The notes under the pieces are model-generated. The model saw only the letters and a list, made by a program, of their open reading frames with translations, did no database searches and was not told the origin of the DNA. A stretch of 55,998 bases of DNA from Clostridiales bacterium (lineage in GTDB: Bacteria > Bacillota > Clostridia > Peptostreptococcales > Natronincolaceae). The DNA is taken from NCBI GenBank assembly GCA_012521085.1, contig JAAYNB010000162.1:1-55998 (forward strand), in the 5' to 3' direction. Shown in pieces: positions 33,184-41,055 of the stretch (positions within the stretch are counted from its first letter, which is position 1; each line of letters starts with the position of its first letter). The position numbers and the translations under genes were made by a program.

Positions 33184-33258
33184 TTTAATAAGTATTAATA
33201 TCTAAAAAATATCACCACCTATATAGGTGGTTTAAACACTTTAACGGGAGGTATATAT

Positions 33259-33924
33259 TTGGATAATATACAAATTGCTATTGATGGGCCTGCTGGTGCA
33301 GGAAAAAGCACTATTGCTAAAAAATTAGCTCAAAGACTTAATATTACCTATATTGATACTGGAGCAATGTATAGAGCATTAACTTATAAAATAATTACAA
33401 ATAATGTTGACATAAATGATATAGAATCAATAAATAAATTAATTGAAGATACTGAAATTACAATATTAAAAAATGATTTATATCTAGACAATTATTTATT
33501 AGATGATAGTAAAATAAGATCCCATGATGTAAATGAGAAAGTAGCACATATTGCTCAATTACCAGAGGCTAGGAAAAAACTGGTGGCATTACAACAAAAG
33601 ATTGCATTAAATAATAGTGTTATTATGGATGGTAGAGATATAGCAACTCATGTATTACCTAATGCAGACATTAAAATATATTTGACTGCTTCAGTAAAAG
33701 AGCGAGCATTAAGAAGATATAAAGAACTTATAAAAAAAGATCCTAATATTGAACTGGAAAGTATAGAAAGATCTATTATAGAAAGAGATAATATAGATAG
33801 TAAGAGAAAATATGCTCCTTTGAAAAAAGATGATGATGCCATTATTATAGATACAACAGGTTTAGGTATAGATGAAGTAATAAATAAAATTATAGATATA
33901 ATAAAGGATAAAAAACTTATTTAG
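33259..33924 (+). CDS. cmk: Cytidylate kinase
   Basis: P-loop IAIDGPAGAGKST. TTG start after GGGAGG. Confidence 0.93.
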   Translation: MDNIQIAIDGPAGAGKSTIAKKLAQRLNITYIDTGAMYRALTYKIITNNVDINDIESINKLIEDTEITILKNDLYLDNYLLDDSKIRSHDVNEKVAHIAQLPEARKKLVALQQKIALNNSVIMDGRDIATHVLPNADIKIYLTASVKERALRRYKELIKKDPNIELESIERSIIERDNIDSKRKYAPLKKDDDAIIIDTTGLGIDEVINKIIDIIKDKKLI

Positions 33925-33981
33925 TATAATTTATATTTTATTACAAAATTCTGACCAAATAGATTGGGGGCAGTATAATAA

Positions 33982-34824
33982 ATGAAAGTTATATTGGCAG
34001 ATTATTCAGGTTTTTGTTTTGGTGTTGAAAATGCAATAAATACAACATTAAAGGAAATAGATAATAAAGATGAAAATAAAGTTGTTTCTTCACTGGGTCC
34101 TTTAATTCATAATGATCAAGTAGTAAAAGAACTGAAAGATAAAGGTGTAAATGTCATAAATAACATTGATGATGCTATAGAAGGCTCAATAATAATACGA
34201 TCCCATGGTGTTCCTAAAAATATATATGAAAAAGCTAAAAATAATAAATTAGAAATAATAGATGCCACATGTCCCTTTGTAAGAAGGATTCAAAATATTG
34301 TAAAATCCCATGAAGAACGAGGATATAATATTGTTATTATTGGAAACCCAAGTCATCCAGAAGTGATAGGTATTAATGGCTGGTGTAATAACAAAGCCAT
34401 TATAATAGAAGATGAAGAAGATATTAAAAAAATACCTAAAACTGATAAATTATGTGTGGTAGTTCAAACCACAATGTCTTTGGCGCATTATGAAAAAATT
34501 AGTAATAAACTGGATAGCCTTGCAAATGAAGTTGTAAAATTTAATACTATTTGTTCAGCAACTAAAGAAAGACAATCTTCTGCTAAAAATTTAGCTGAAA
34601 AAGTAGATGTTATGATTGTAATAGGGGGTTTTCATAGTTCCAATACTCAAAAATTAGTTGAAATTTGCAAAAGCGTTAAGCCTAATGCCACATTTCATAT
34701 CGAAACATTGAAAGATTTACCTTTAAATGAATTGTCAAAATACAAAACTGTAGGAATAACCGCTGGGGCTTCTACTCCTCAATGGATAATAGATGAGATA
34801 ATGGAAAAATTAAAAAGTATATAA
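33982..34824 (+). CDS. ispH: 4-hydroxy-3-methylbut-2-enyl diphosphate reductase
   Basis: Three Cys ligand contexts (GFCFGV, ATCPFV, NTICSAT) plus HSSNT motif. Confidence 0.95.
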   Translation: MKVILADYSGFCFGVENAINTTLKEIDNKDENKVVSSLGPLIHNDQVVKELKDKGVNVINNIDDAIEGSIIIRSHGVPKNIYEKAKNNKLEIIDATCPFVRRIQNIVKSHEERGYNIVIIGNPSHPEVIGINGWCNNKAIIIEDEEDIKKIPKTDKLCVVVQTTMSLAHYEKISNKLDSLANEVVKFNTICSATKERQSSAKNLAEKVDVMIVIGGFHSSNTQKLVEICKSVKPNATFHIETLKDLPLNELSKYKTVGITAGASTPQWIIDEIMEKLKSI

Positions 34825-34934
34825 TAAATTTTATAAAATATAATTGTTTATCAAAAATTAATAATTGCATTAATGGCATAAATATTTTAAAACAAGATTT
34901 ATTTTTGCCATATTTATAAGACAAATGATTGTTG

Positions 34935-34963
34935 TTGTACTTTAAACACTCTATTAATACAAT
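34935..34963 (+). promoter_or_regulatory. Candidate promoter in the ispH-rpsA spacer
   Basis: TTGTAC (34935-34940), 17-nt spacer, TACAAT (34958-34963). Confidence 0.4.
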
Positions 34964-34971
34964 TTTTTGCA

Positions 34972-35062
34972 TGAGGACTTCATCCTTTCTGAAAGGTAAA
35001 TTGTTTTCACGCAAAACTTTGTACCACAGAAGGTTTGGAGTCCTCAATTTTCATTTGATTTT
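34972..35062 (+). promoter_or_regulatory. Structured RNA element plus U tract upstream of rpsA (leader/attenuator, or an atypical ispH terminator)
   Basis: Closing helix TGAGGACT (34972-34979) pairs with AGTCCTCA (35039-35046). Inner hairpins CCTTT/AAAGG (34984-34996) and CAAAACTT/AAGGTTTG (35012-35037, one mismatch). Followed by ATTTTCATTTGATTTT. Confidence 0.35.
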
Positions 35063-35095
35063 ACAAAATGATATAATTAATAAGGAGGAAATAGT

Positions 35096-36259
35096 ATGAC
35101 TAATAAAATGCAAGACTTTATGGATGAAATAGAAAAATCTATGGTTCAACTATATAGAGGTGATATAGTAAGTGGTAAAGTAATAGATATCAGTGAAAAC
35201 GAAGTTATAGTAAATATAGGATATAAATCTGATGGTATCATATCAAAAGAAGAAATTTCTAGTGATAATTCAATAAATCCACATGATATACTAAAACCTG
35301 GTGATAAAATAGATGTGTATGTTTTAAAAGTAGATGATGGTGAAGGCAATGTTTTATTATCAAAAAAACGTGTAGATATTGAAAGAGGATGGCAAGAATT
35401 GGAAAAAATGTATGAAACTGAATCTATATTATCAACAAAAGTTATCGAGGTAGTTAAAGGCGGTGTTATTTCCATATCAAATGGTATAAGATGTTTCATC
35501 CCTGCTAGTCAATTATCTAATATTTATGTAGAAAATCTTGATGAATTTATTGGAGAAACTTTTAATACAAAAATCATTGAATTTAATCGTAAAAAAAATA
35601 AAGTGGTATTATCTAGAAAAGTTGTTCTACTGCAGGAATTAGAAGAAATAAAAAATAAAGTTTTTCACCAACTTGAAAAAGGTCAAATTATTCAAGGTAG
35701 AGTTAAACAGATTACAAGTTTTGGTGTATTTGTAGATATTGGTGGTATTGATGGTTTAATACATATATCAGAATTATCCTGGGGAAGAGTGGAGCATCCT
35801 TCAGAAATATTGAAAATTGATGATAAAGTAGAAGTAGAAGTTTTAGATTTTGATAAAGAAACTGAACGCATATCATTAAGTCTTAAAAGCACACAACCTG
35901 AACCATGGCAACATGTACATGAAAAATATAAAAAAGATGATATTATTAAAGGAAGAGTTGTTAAAATAGTGGATTTTGGAGCCTTTGTAGAAATAGAAGC
36001 AGGTCTAGATGGTTTAGTGCATATATCTGAAATTAGTAAAGATCATGTAGAAAAAGTTTCAGATGTGTTAGAAGTTAATCAAATTGTAGATGTTAAAATA
36101 TTAGATATAAATCAAGAAGAAAGAAGAATGAGTTTAAGTATTTCAGCGGCTATACCTGGAAATGAAAAGGATAATATAATGAAACATGTAGAAGATGTAA
36201 ATGTAAGCATTGGAGATGCTATTGGATTTGAAAATAATGAAGAAAATAAAGAGTCATAG
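35096..36259 (+). CDS. rpsA: 30S ribosomal protein S1-like (four S1 domains)
   Basis: Four S1 repeats (for example GRVKQITSFGVFVDIGGIDGLIHISE and GRVVKIVDFGAFVEIEAGLDGLVHISE). Conserved cmk-ispH-rpsA order. Confidence 0.88.
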   Translation: MTNKMQDFMDEIEKSMVQLYRGDIVSGKVIDISENEVIVNIGYKSDGIISKEEISSDNSINPHDILKPGDKIDVYVLKVDDGEGNVLLSKKRVDIERGWQELEKMYETESILSTKVIEVVKGGVISISNGIRCFIPASQLSNIYVENLDEFIGETFNTKIIEFNRKKNKVVLSRKVVLLQELEEIKNKVFHQLEKGQIIQGRVKQITSFGVFVDIGGIDGLIHISELSWGRVEHPSEILKIDDKVEVEVLDFDKETERISLSLKSTQPEPWQHVHEKYKKDDIIKGRVVKIVDFGAFVEIEAGLDGLVHISEISKDHVEKVSDVLEVNQIVDVKILDINQEERRMSLSISAAIPGNEKDNIMKHVEDVNVSIGDAIGFENNEENKES

Positions 36260-36289
36260 ACTCTTTATTGTCATAGACTCTTTATTTTT
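36245..36289 (+). terminator. rpsA terminator with duplicated 3' arm
   Basis: AATAAAGAGTC (36245-36255) can pair with GACTCTTTATT at 36259-36269 or at 36276-36286. Only the second copy is followed by TTT. Confidence 0.7.
36253..36286 (+). repeat. Exact tandem duplication, 2 x 17 nt (GTCATAGACTCTTTATT)
   Basis: Copies at 36253-36269 and 36270-36286. The first contains the rpsA stop codon. Confidence 0.95.
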
Positions 36290-36375
36290 AACTAAATAAT
36301 TTTTGAATTGTAATTATCTTATTAAATTTAAATCAAATAACCAATATATTTTTTAAAAAAAGGGGGTATTTCTGA

Positions 36376-37149
36376 ATGCAGGGATATGAATTATTTAAAG
36401 AGAAGATTTATAAAAAAACTGGTATAGATCTATCAAGTTATAAAGAAAGACAAATGAAAAGAAGGATAGAATCCTTAATTGCGAGGAATAATATTGATTC
36501 ATATGAAAAATATTATGAAGTGTTAAACGGAAATAAAGAATTATATGAAGAATTTATTGATTATTTAACAATTAATGTATCAGAGTTTTATCGTAATCCG
36601 CAATAATGGACTGTTTTGGAAAATGAAATACTACCAAATCTTTTTAAAAATAAGAAAAATATAAAAATATGGAGCGCTGCATGCTCAACAGGTGAAGAAC
36701 CATATTCCCTAGCTATGTTATTGACAAAATTTTTACCTCTAAATATGATTACCATAATTGCTACAGATATTGATAAAGGTGCTCTATCTAAGGCAATTCA
36801 AGGAATATATTCAGAAAAAAGTTTAGAAAACTTACCCAAAGCATTCATTCAAAAGTTTTTTATAAAAGAAAATAATCAATATATGATTTCAGATGAAATC
36901 AAATCAAGAGTTAAATTTAGACAACATAATTTATTAAAAGATCCATATGAAAAAAATTGTGATCTGATTATATGTAGAAATGTAATGATTTACTTTACAG
37001 AAGAAGCTAAAAGTGAAATGTACCATAAATTTCATGATTCACTGAATAATAATGGTATTTTATTTGTTGGTAGTACTGAACAAATTATTTTGCCACATAG
37101 ATATAAATTAAAACCTGTGAAAACTTTTTTTTATACAAAGTCCGTATAG
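36376..37149 (+). pseudogene. cheR: CheR-type protein-glutamate O-methyltransferase interrupted by one in-frame TAA
   Basis: The two track ORFs (36376-36606, 36616-37149) share one frame. Read-through gives ...TINVSEFYRNPQ*WTVLENEILP...IWSAACSTGEEPYSLAMLL...ICRNVMIYF. TAA at 36604-36606. Confidence 0.8.
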
Positions 37150-37170
37150 AAGAGAAAGAGGGTAGTATAA

Positions 37171-38223
37171 ATGAATATAAAAACAATATTAAAAGAATTA
37201 TCAGAAGCCCCTGGAGTTTCTGGACATGAAACTGAAATTAATAAAATTATTAAAAAATATTTTATTAATTATGTAGATGAAATAAAAAATGATAAATTGG
37301 GTAATTTAATATGTTATAAAAAAGGAAAAATTAAAAATCCTAATAAAATTATGTTAGCAGCTCATATGGATGAAATAGGACTAATGGTTAAACATATTGA
37401 TGATAACGGATATTTAAAATTTACTAATATAGGTGGTGTTGATCACAGAACTTTGCTCTATCAGGAAGTAATAATACATGGTACGGAAAAAGTTTTTGGT
37501 ATTATTGGTATGCATCCACCTCAATTATCTCCCAAGGATGATCAAAATAAAATAGTTAAAATGGAAGATATGTTTATTGATACAGGACTTTCAAAAAAAG
37601 AATTAACTTCATTAATAAATATTGGGGATGTAATAACAATTAAAAGAGATCTTAAATTTTTGTTAAATGATATGGTTGCAGGTAAAGCTTTAGATGATCG
37701 TGCTGGGGTTGTAGCCCTTTATGTATGTTTAAGAGAATTACAAAAATTCAATCATGACATTGATGTATATTTTGTAAGTACAGTACAAGAAGAGGTTGGT
37801 ACAAGAGGAGCAATTACATCTACTTATGGCGTAAATCCAGATATAGGTATTGCTATTGATGTGGGATTTGGGTATACTCCTGAACTCAATAAATTTGATA
37901 CATTGGAAATCGGAGAAGGACCAGCTATTACAATAGGAGGTAATATACATCCTAGGATATTTGAAAGACTAAAAGAAACAGCCAAAAACAATTATATTGA
38001 TTATCAAGTAGAAGTAGCACCAGGACGAAGTGGTACAGATGCTTGGTCTATGCAAGTTTCTAAAGAAGGTGTTGCTACTGGCCTGCTATCTATTCCATTA
38101 AGATATATGCATACTTCTGTCGAAACATTAGCATTAGAAGATATTATAAAAACTGGTAAATTATTAGCTCAATTTATAATATCATTAAATGGTATGGATA
38201 TGGAGGAGTTATTATGTTATTAA
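37171..38223 (+). CDS. M42 family (TET/FrvX-type) aminopeptidase, paralog A, full metal site
   Basis: HMDEIG, ALDDRAG, QEEVGTRGA, IAIDVGF, RYMHTS. Confidence 0.85.
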   Translation: MNIKTILKELSEAPGVSGHETEINKIIKKYFINYVDEIKNDKLGNLICYKKGKIKNPNKIMLAAHMDEIGLMVKHIDDNGYLKFTNIGGVDHRTLLYQEVIIHGTEKVFGIIGMHPPQLSPKDDQNKIVKMEDMFIDTGLSKKELTSLINIGDVITIKRDLKFLLNDMVAGKALDDRAGVVALYVCLRELQKFNHDIDVYFVSTVQEEVGTRGAITSTYGVNPDIGIAIDVGFGYTPELNKFDTLEIGEGPAITIGGNIHPRIFERLKETAKNNYIDYQVEVAPGRSGTDAWSMQVSKEGVATGLLSIPLRYMHTSVETLALEDIIKTGKLLAQFIISLNGMDMEELLCY

Positions 38224-39233
38224 AAAAATTAACTACTGCCTTAGGCGTATCAGGAAATGAAAATGAAATACGTAAACTTATTTTTAATGAAATAGAAAAT
38301 TCAGTTGATACTCTTAAAATAGATAGAATGGGAAATATAATAGCAAGAAAAAATCATCCTAATTCTCCATATAATATCATTATTACTTCTCATATGGATG
38401 AAGCAGGATTAATGGTTAAAGGTATAGATGACAATGGTTTTATTAAATTTTTACCTGTAGGAGAAATTGATGCTAGAATATTAATTTCAAAAATTGTTAC
38501 AATAGGTAATAAAAAAATTTCAGGTGTCATTGGTGCAAAAGCTATACATATGCAAAAACCAAGTGAAAGAGAAAAAGCATTGAGTGTAGATGATTTATAT
38601 ATTGATATTGGTTGTAAAATTAAAGAAGATGCAGAAAAACATGTTTCTATTGGAGATTATATTGCATTTGATAGTAATTTTCTGGAATTTGGAGAAAATA
38701 AAATTAAAGCAAAGGCATTAGAAAGTAGAGTAGCTTGTTATATTCTTATTAATCTATTAAAATTAGAACTTCCTATAAATATTACAGCCATATTTACTTC
38801 TCAAGAAGAAATTGGACATAGGGGGGCCCAAATAGCTGCAAATCAAGTTAATGGTGATTTGGTTATTGTATTGAAGGGTACCACTGCTACAATCAAAATT
38901 GAACCATATGTTAAGTCAGCTGAATTAGATAATGGTCCTGCTATTTCAATGATGGATAAATTGTCCATATATAATCAAAAATATATTAATTCGTTAATCA
39001 ATACGGCAAATAAACATCAAATTCCATGGCAATATAATCAATCTACAACTGGCACTAATGATGCTGGCAAATTTCATACATCTCAATTGGGAATACCATG
39101 TTTAGCAATTTCTGTGCCCTGTAGATATATTAATTCACCTGTATCGGTAGTAAGTAAAAAAGACGTGGAAGATACAGAAAATTTAATTGTTAAGTATTTA
39201 GAAGAAATAAGTATAGGAGGTATAATTAAATGA
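38214..39233 (+). CDS. M42 family homolog, paralog B, degenerate metal site
   Basis: HMDEAG and QEEIGHRGA are kept, but ALESRVA replaces ALDDR, VIVLKGT replaces IA(I/F)DV, and RYINSP replaces RY(M/L)H(T/S). Overlaps paralog A by 10 nt. Confidence 0.8.
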   Translation: MLLKKLTTALGVSGNENEIRKLIFNEIENSVDTLKIDRMGNIIARKNHPNSPYNIIITSHMDEAGLMVKGIDDNGFIKFLPVGEIDARILISKIVTIGNKKISGVIGAKAIHMQKPSEREKALSVDDLYIDIGCKIKEDAEKHVSIGDYIAFDSNFLEFGENKIKAKALESRVACYILINLLKLELPINITAIFTSQEEIGHRGAQIAANQVNGDLVIVLKGTTATIKIEPYVKSAELDNGPAISMMDKLSIYNQKYINSLINTANKHQIPWQYNQSTTGTNDAGKFHTSQLGIPCLAISVPCRYINSPVSVVSKKDVEDTENLIVKYLEEISIGGIIK

Positions 39234-40231
39234 TAAGCTTAAATACTAATTTATTACAAAAATTATTATCCACATATGGACCATCAGGACATGAACTAAA
39301 TATATCTAATCTTATTACTGAAGAGATACAGGGACTAGTTGATGATATAAAAATTGACTCGTTAGGAAACTTAATTGCTCATAAAAAGGGTAGTGGACCT
39401 AAAATAATGTTAGCTGGACATATGGATCAAATAGGATTAATGGTAACTCATATTGATGATAATGGCTTTTTAAGATTTACTAATATAGGTGGTATTTCTC
39501 CATCTATAAGTTTATCTCAAAGGGTTGTATTTGCAAATGGAACCATAGGTGTAATAGGATGCGAGCATATTGATAGTCTAAAAGATCTTAAATTAGAAAA
39601 GTTATATATAGATATTGGAGCAAAAGATAAAAATGAAGCAAAAGAAATGGTATCTATTGGCGATACTTGCGTATATTATAATCATCCTATTATTGATGAT
39701 AAAAAGATTATATCTCAAGCAATAGATGATAGAATAGGATGCTTTATAATGATTGAAGCTTTAAAGCTGCTTTCTAATATAGAAAATGATTTATATTTTG
39801 TATTTACAGCTCAAGAAGAAGTAGGATTAAGGGGTGCTAAAACAGCTGCATATGGAATTGAGCCTGATATTGCCATAGCTTTTGATGTAACCGCCACAGG
39901 CGATACACCAAAGGCAAAATTAATGGATGTAAAATTAGGAGATGGTCCTGCTATTAAAATAAAAGATAATTCAATATTATGCCATCCTAAGGTTAAAGAA
40001 TATATGATTAAAATTGCAAAAAATAATAATATTCCTTACCAATTAGAAGTATTAGAATTTGGTGGTACTGATTCTGGTGCTATTCATCTAAGCAAGACAG
40101 GTGTACCTTCTGGAGTGTTATCGGTACCTTGTCGATATTTACATAGTACATGTGAGATGGTTTTTATTTCTGACGTTAAAAATACAATTGAATTGACAAA
40201 ATATATTTTAGAAAATAATATCGAAATATAA
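39230..40231 (+). CDS. M42 family aminopeptidase, paralog C, full metal site
   Basis: HMDQIG, AIDDRIG, QEEVGLRGA, IAFDVTA, RYLHST. ATGA overlap with paralog B. Confidence 0.85.
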   Translation: MISLNTNLLQKLLSTYGPSGHELNISNLITEEIQGLVDDIKIDSLGNLIAHKKGSGPKIMLAGHMDQIGLMVTHIDDNGFLRFTNIGGISPSISLSQRVVFANGTIGVIGCEHIDSLKDLKLEKLYIDIGAKDKNEAKEMVSIGDTCVYYNHPIIDDKKIISQAIDDRIGCFIMIEALKLLSNIENDLYFVFTAQEEVGLRGAKTAAYGIEPDIAIAFDVTATGDTPKAKLMDVKLGDGPAIKIKDNSILCHPKVKEYMIKIAKNNNIPYQLEVLEFGGTDSGAIHLSKTGVPSGVLSVPCRYLHSTCEMVFISDVKNTIELTKYILENNIEI

Positions 40232-40331
40232 ATAAGGCCTTCTTACCATGTCTTCTTTTGTATAAAAATTTTATATCATCATGCTTATTGACTAAATTTG
40301 TATAACGATTCTTTGATTTCTTTAAAGGAAA

Positions 40332-40367
40332 ACCTCCTATTAATATGGAAATAATTTTATAGGAGGT
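40332..40367 (+). promoter_or_regulatory. Hairpin sequestering the SD of the MerR-like gene
   Basis: ACCTCCTAT (40332-40340) pairs with ATAGGAGGT (40359-40367), 18-nt loop. The 3' arm is the only SD for ATG 40379. Confidence 0.35.
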
Positions 40368-40378
40368 GATATCATATT

Positions 40379-41020
40379 ATGGAAGCTGTTAATGAAACAT
40401 ATACTATTAAAGAAGTAGCTGAAATAACTGGATTTAAACCACATGTAATCAGATATTATGAAAAAGAGTTTAACTTGAATATTCCACGAACTAATAGCAA
40501 TAGAAGATATTTTACTAATAAAGAAACTGCACAATTCCAATATATAAAAGAGCTACAAAAAAAAGGTTTAAATAATAAACAAATTAAAAAAATTTTAAAA
40601 TCATCTAAAAATCCTACCAATGAAATTGAAACATTAGAATTTTTGGAGCCCATAGATGATTTAGAAAATAAAGATAATATCTTAAATACTCATATGGTCT
40701 CCGAAATAGAAGAAACTAGTAAAAAAGACTTAGAAGAAAGAAATATCCCTAAAGATGAAATATATGATTTATTGAATGATGTCATCACATTAATAAAAGA
40801 ATTAAATTATAAATCAGATATTAAGAAATTAGTGGAAAAGTTTGATGATTTTAAAGAAGAATTATCTCATTATGAAAAAGATATTTTAATTACTGAAAAT
40901 GCTAAACTTAAAATGAAAATAAAAGAACGTTCATATGAAATAGCTGAATTAAAAGAAAAACTTAAACGTGAACAATTTAAAAAAAGACCTTTTTTTACCA
41001 AATTATTTTCTATTAAATAA
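40379..41020 (+). CDS. MerR-family HTH protein with long coiled-coil C-terminal region
   Basis: N-terminal YTIKEVAEITGFKPHVIRYYEKEF...RRYF (MerR HTH), then K/E-rich heptad-like region, ending RPFFTKLFSIK. Confidence 0.7.
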   Translation: MEAVNETYTIKEVAEITGFKPHVIRYYEKEFNLNIPRTNSNRRYFTNKETAQFQYIKELQKKGLNNKQIKKILKSSKNPTNEIETLEFLEPIDDLENKDNILNTHMVSEIEETSKKDLEERNIPKDEIYDLLNDVITLIKELNYKSDIKKLVEKFDDFKEELSHYEKDILITENAKLKMKIKERSYEIAELKEKLKREQFKKRPFFTKLFSIK

Positions 41021-41046
41021 AAGCTCATAAATATTTATGAGCTTTT
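41019..41046. terminator. Bidirectional terminator between the convergent MerR-like and aminotransferase genes
   Basis: 28-nt perfect palindrome AAAAGCTCATAAATATTTATGAGCTTTT. Confidence 0.7.
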
Positions 41047-41055
41047 ACTTAATGG

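Noticed and set aside
34991-35020. Resemblance of GAAAGGTAAATT...CACGCAAAAC to the c-di-GMP-I (GEMM) riboswitch core (AAAGGCAAACC...GACGCAAAGC).
   Set aside because: The P1a hairpin with its GNRA loop between the two boxes is missing, and the conserved G/C positions are substituted. It does not fit the GEMM architecture.
34772-35047. 91-aa minus-strand ORF spanning the ispH-rpsA spacer.
   Set aside because: It overlaps the ispH 3' end, has no SD and has a composition typical of translated AT-rich spacer. The region is better explained by a promoter plus RNA structure.
35069-35077. Extended -10 (TGATATAAT) just upstream of rpsA.
   Set aside because: A transcript starting about 7 nt downstream would begin inside the AAGGAGG SD (35082-35088) and leave no functional leader.
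39266-39274. Perfect DnaA box TTATCCACA.
   Set aside because: It is a single copy inside the coding sequence of M42 paralog C, with no cluster and no AT-rich unwinding element. Coincidence.
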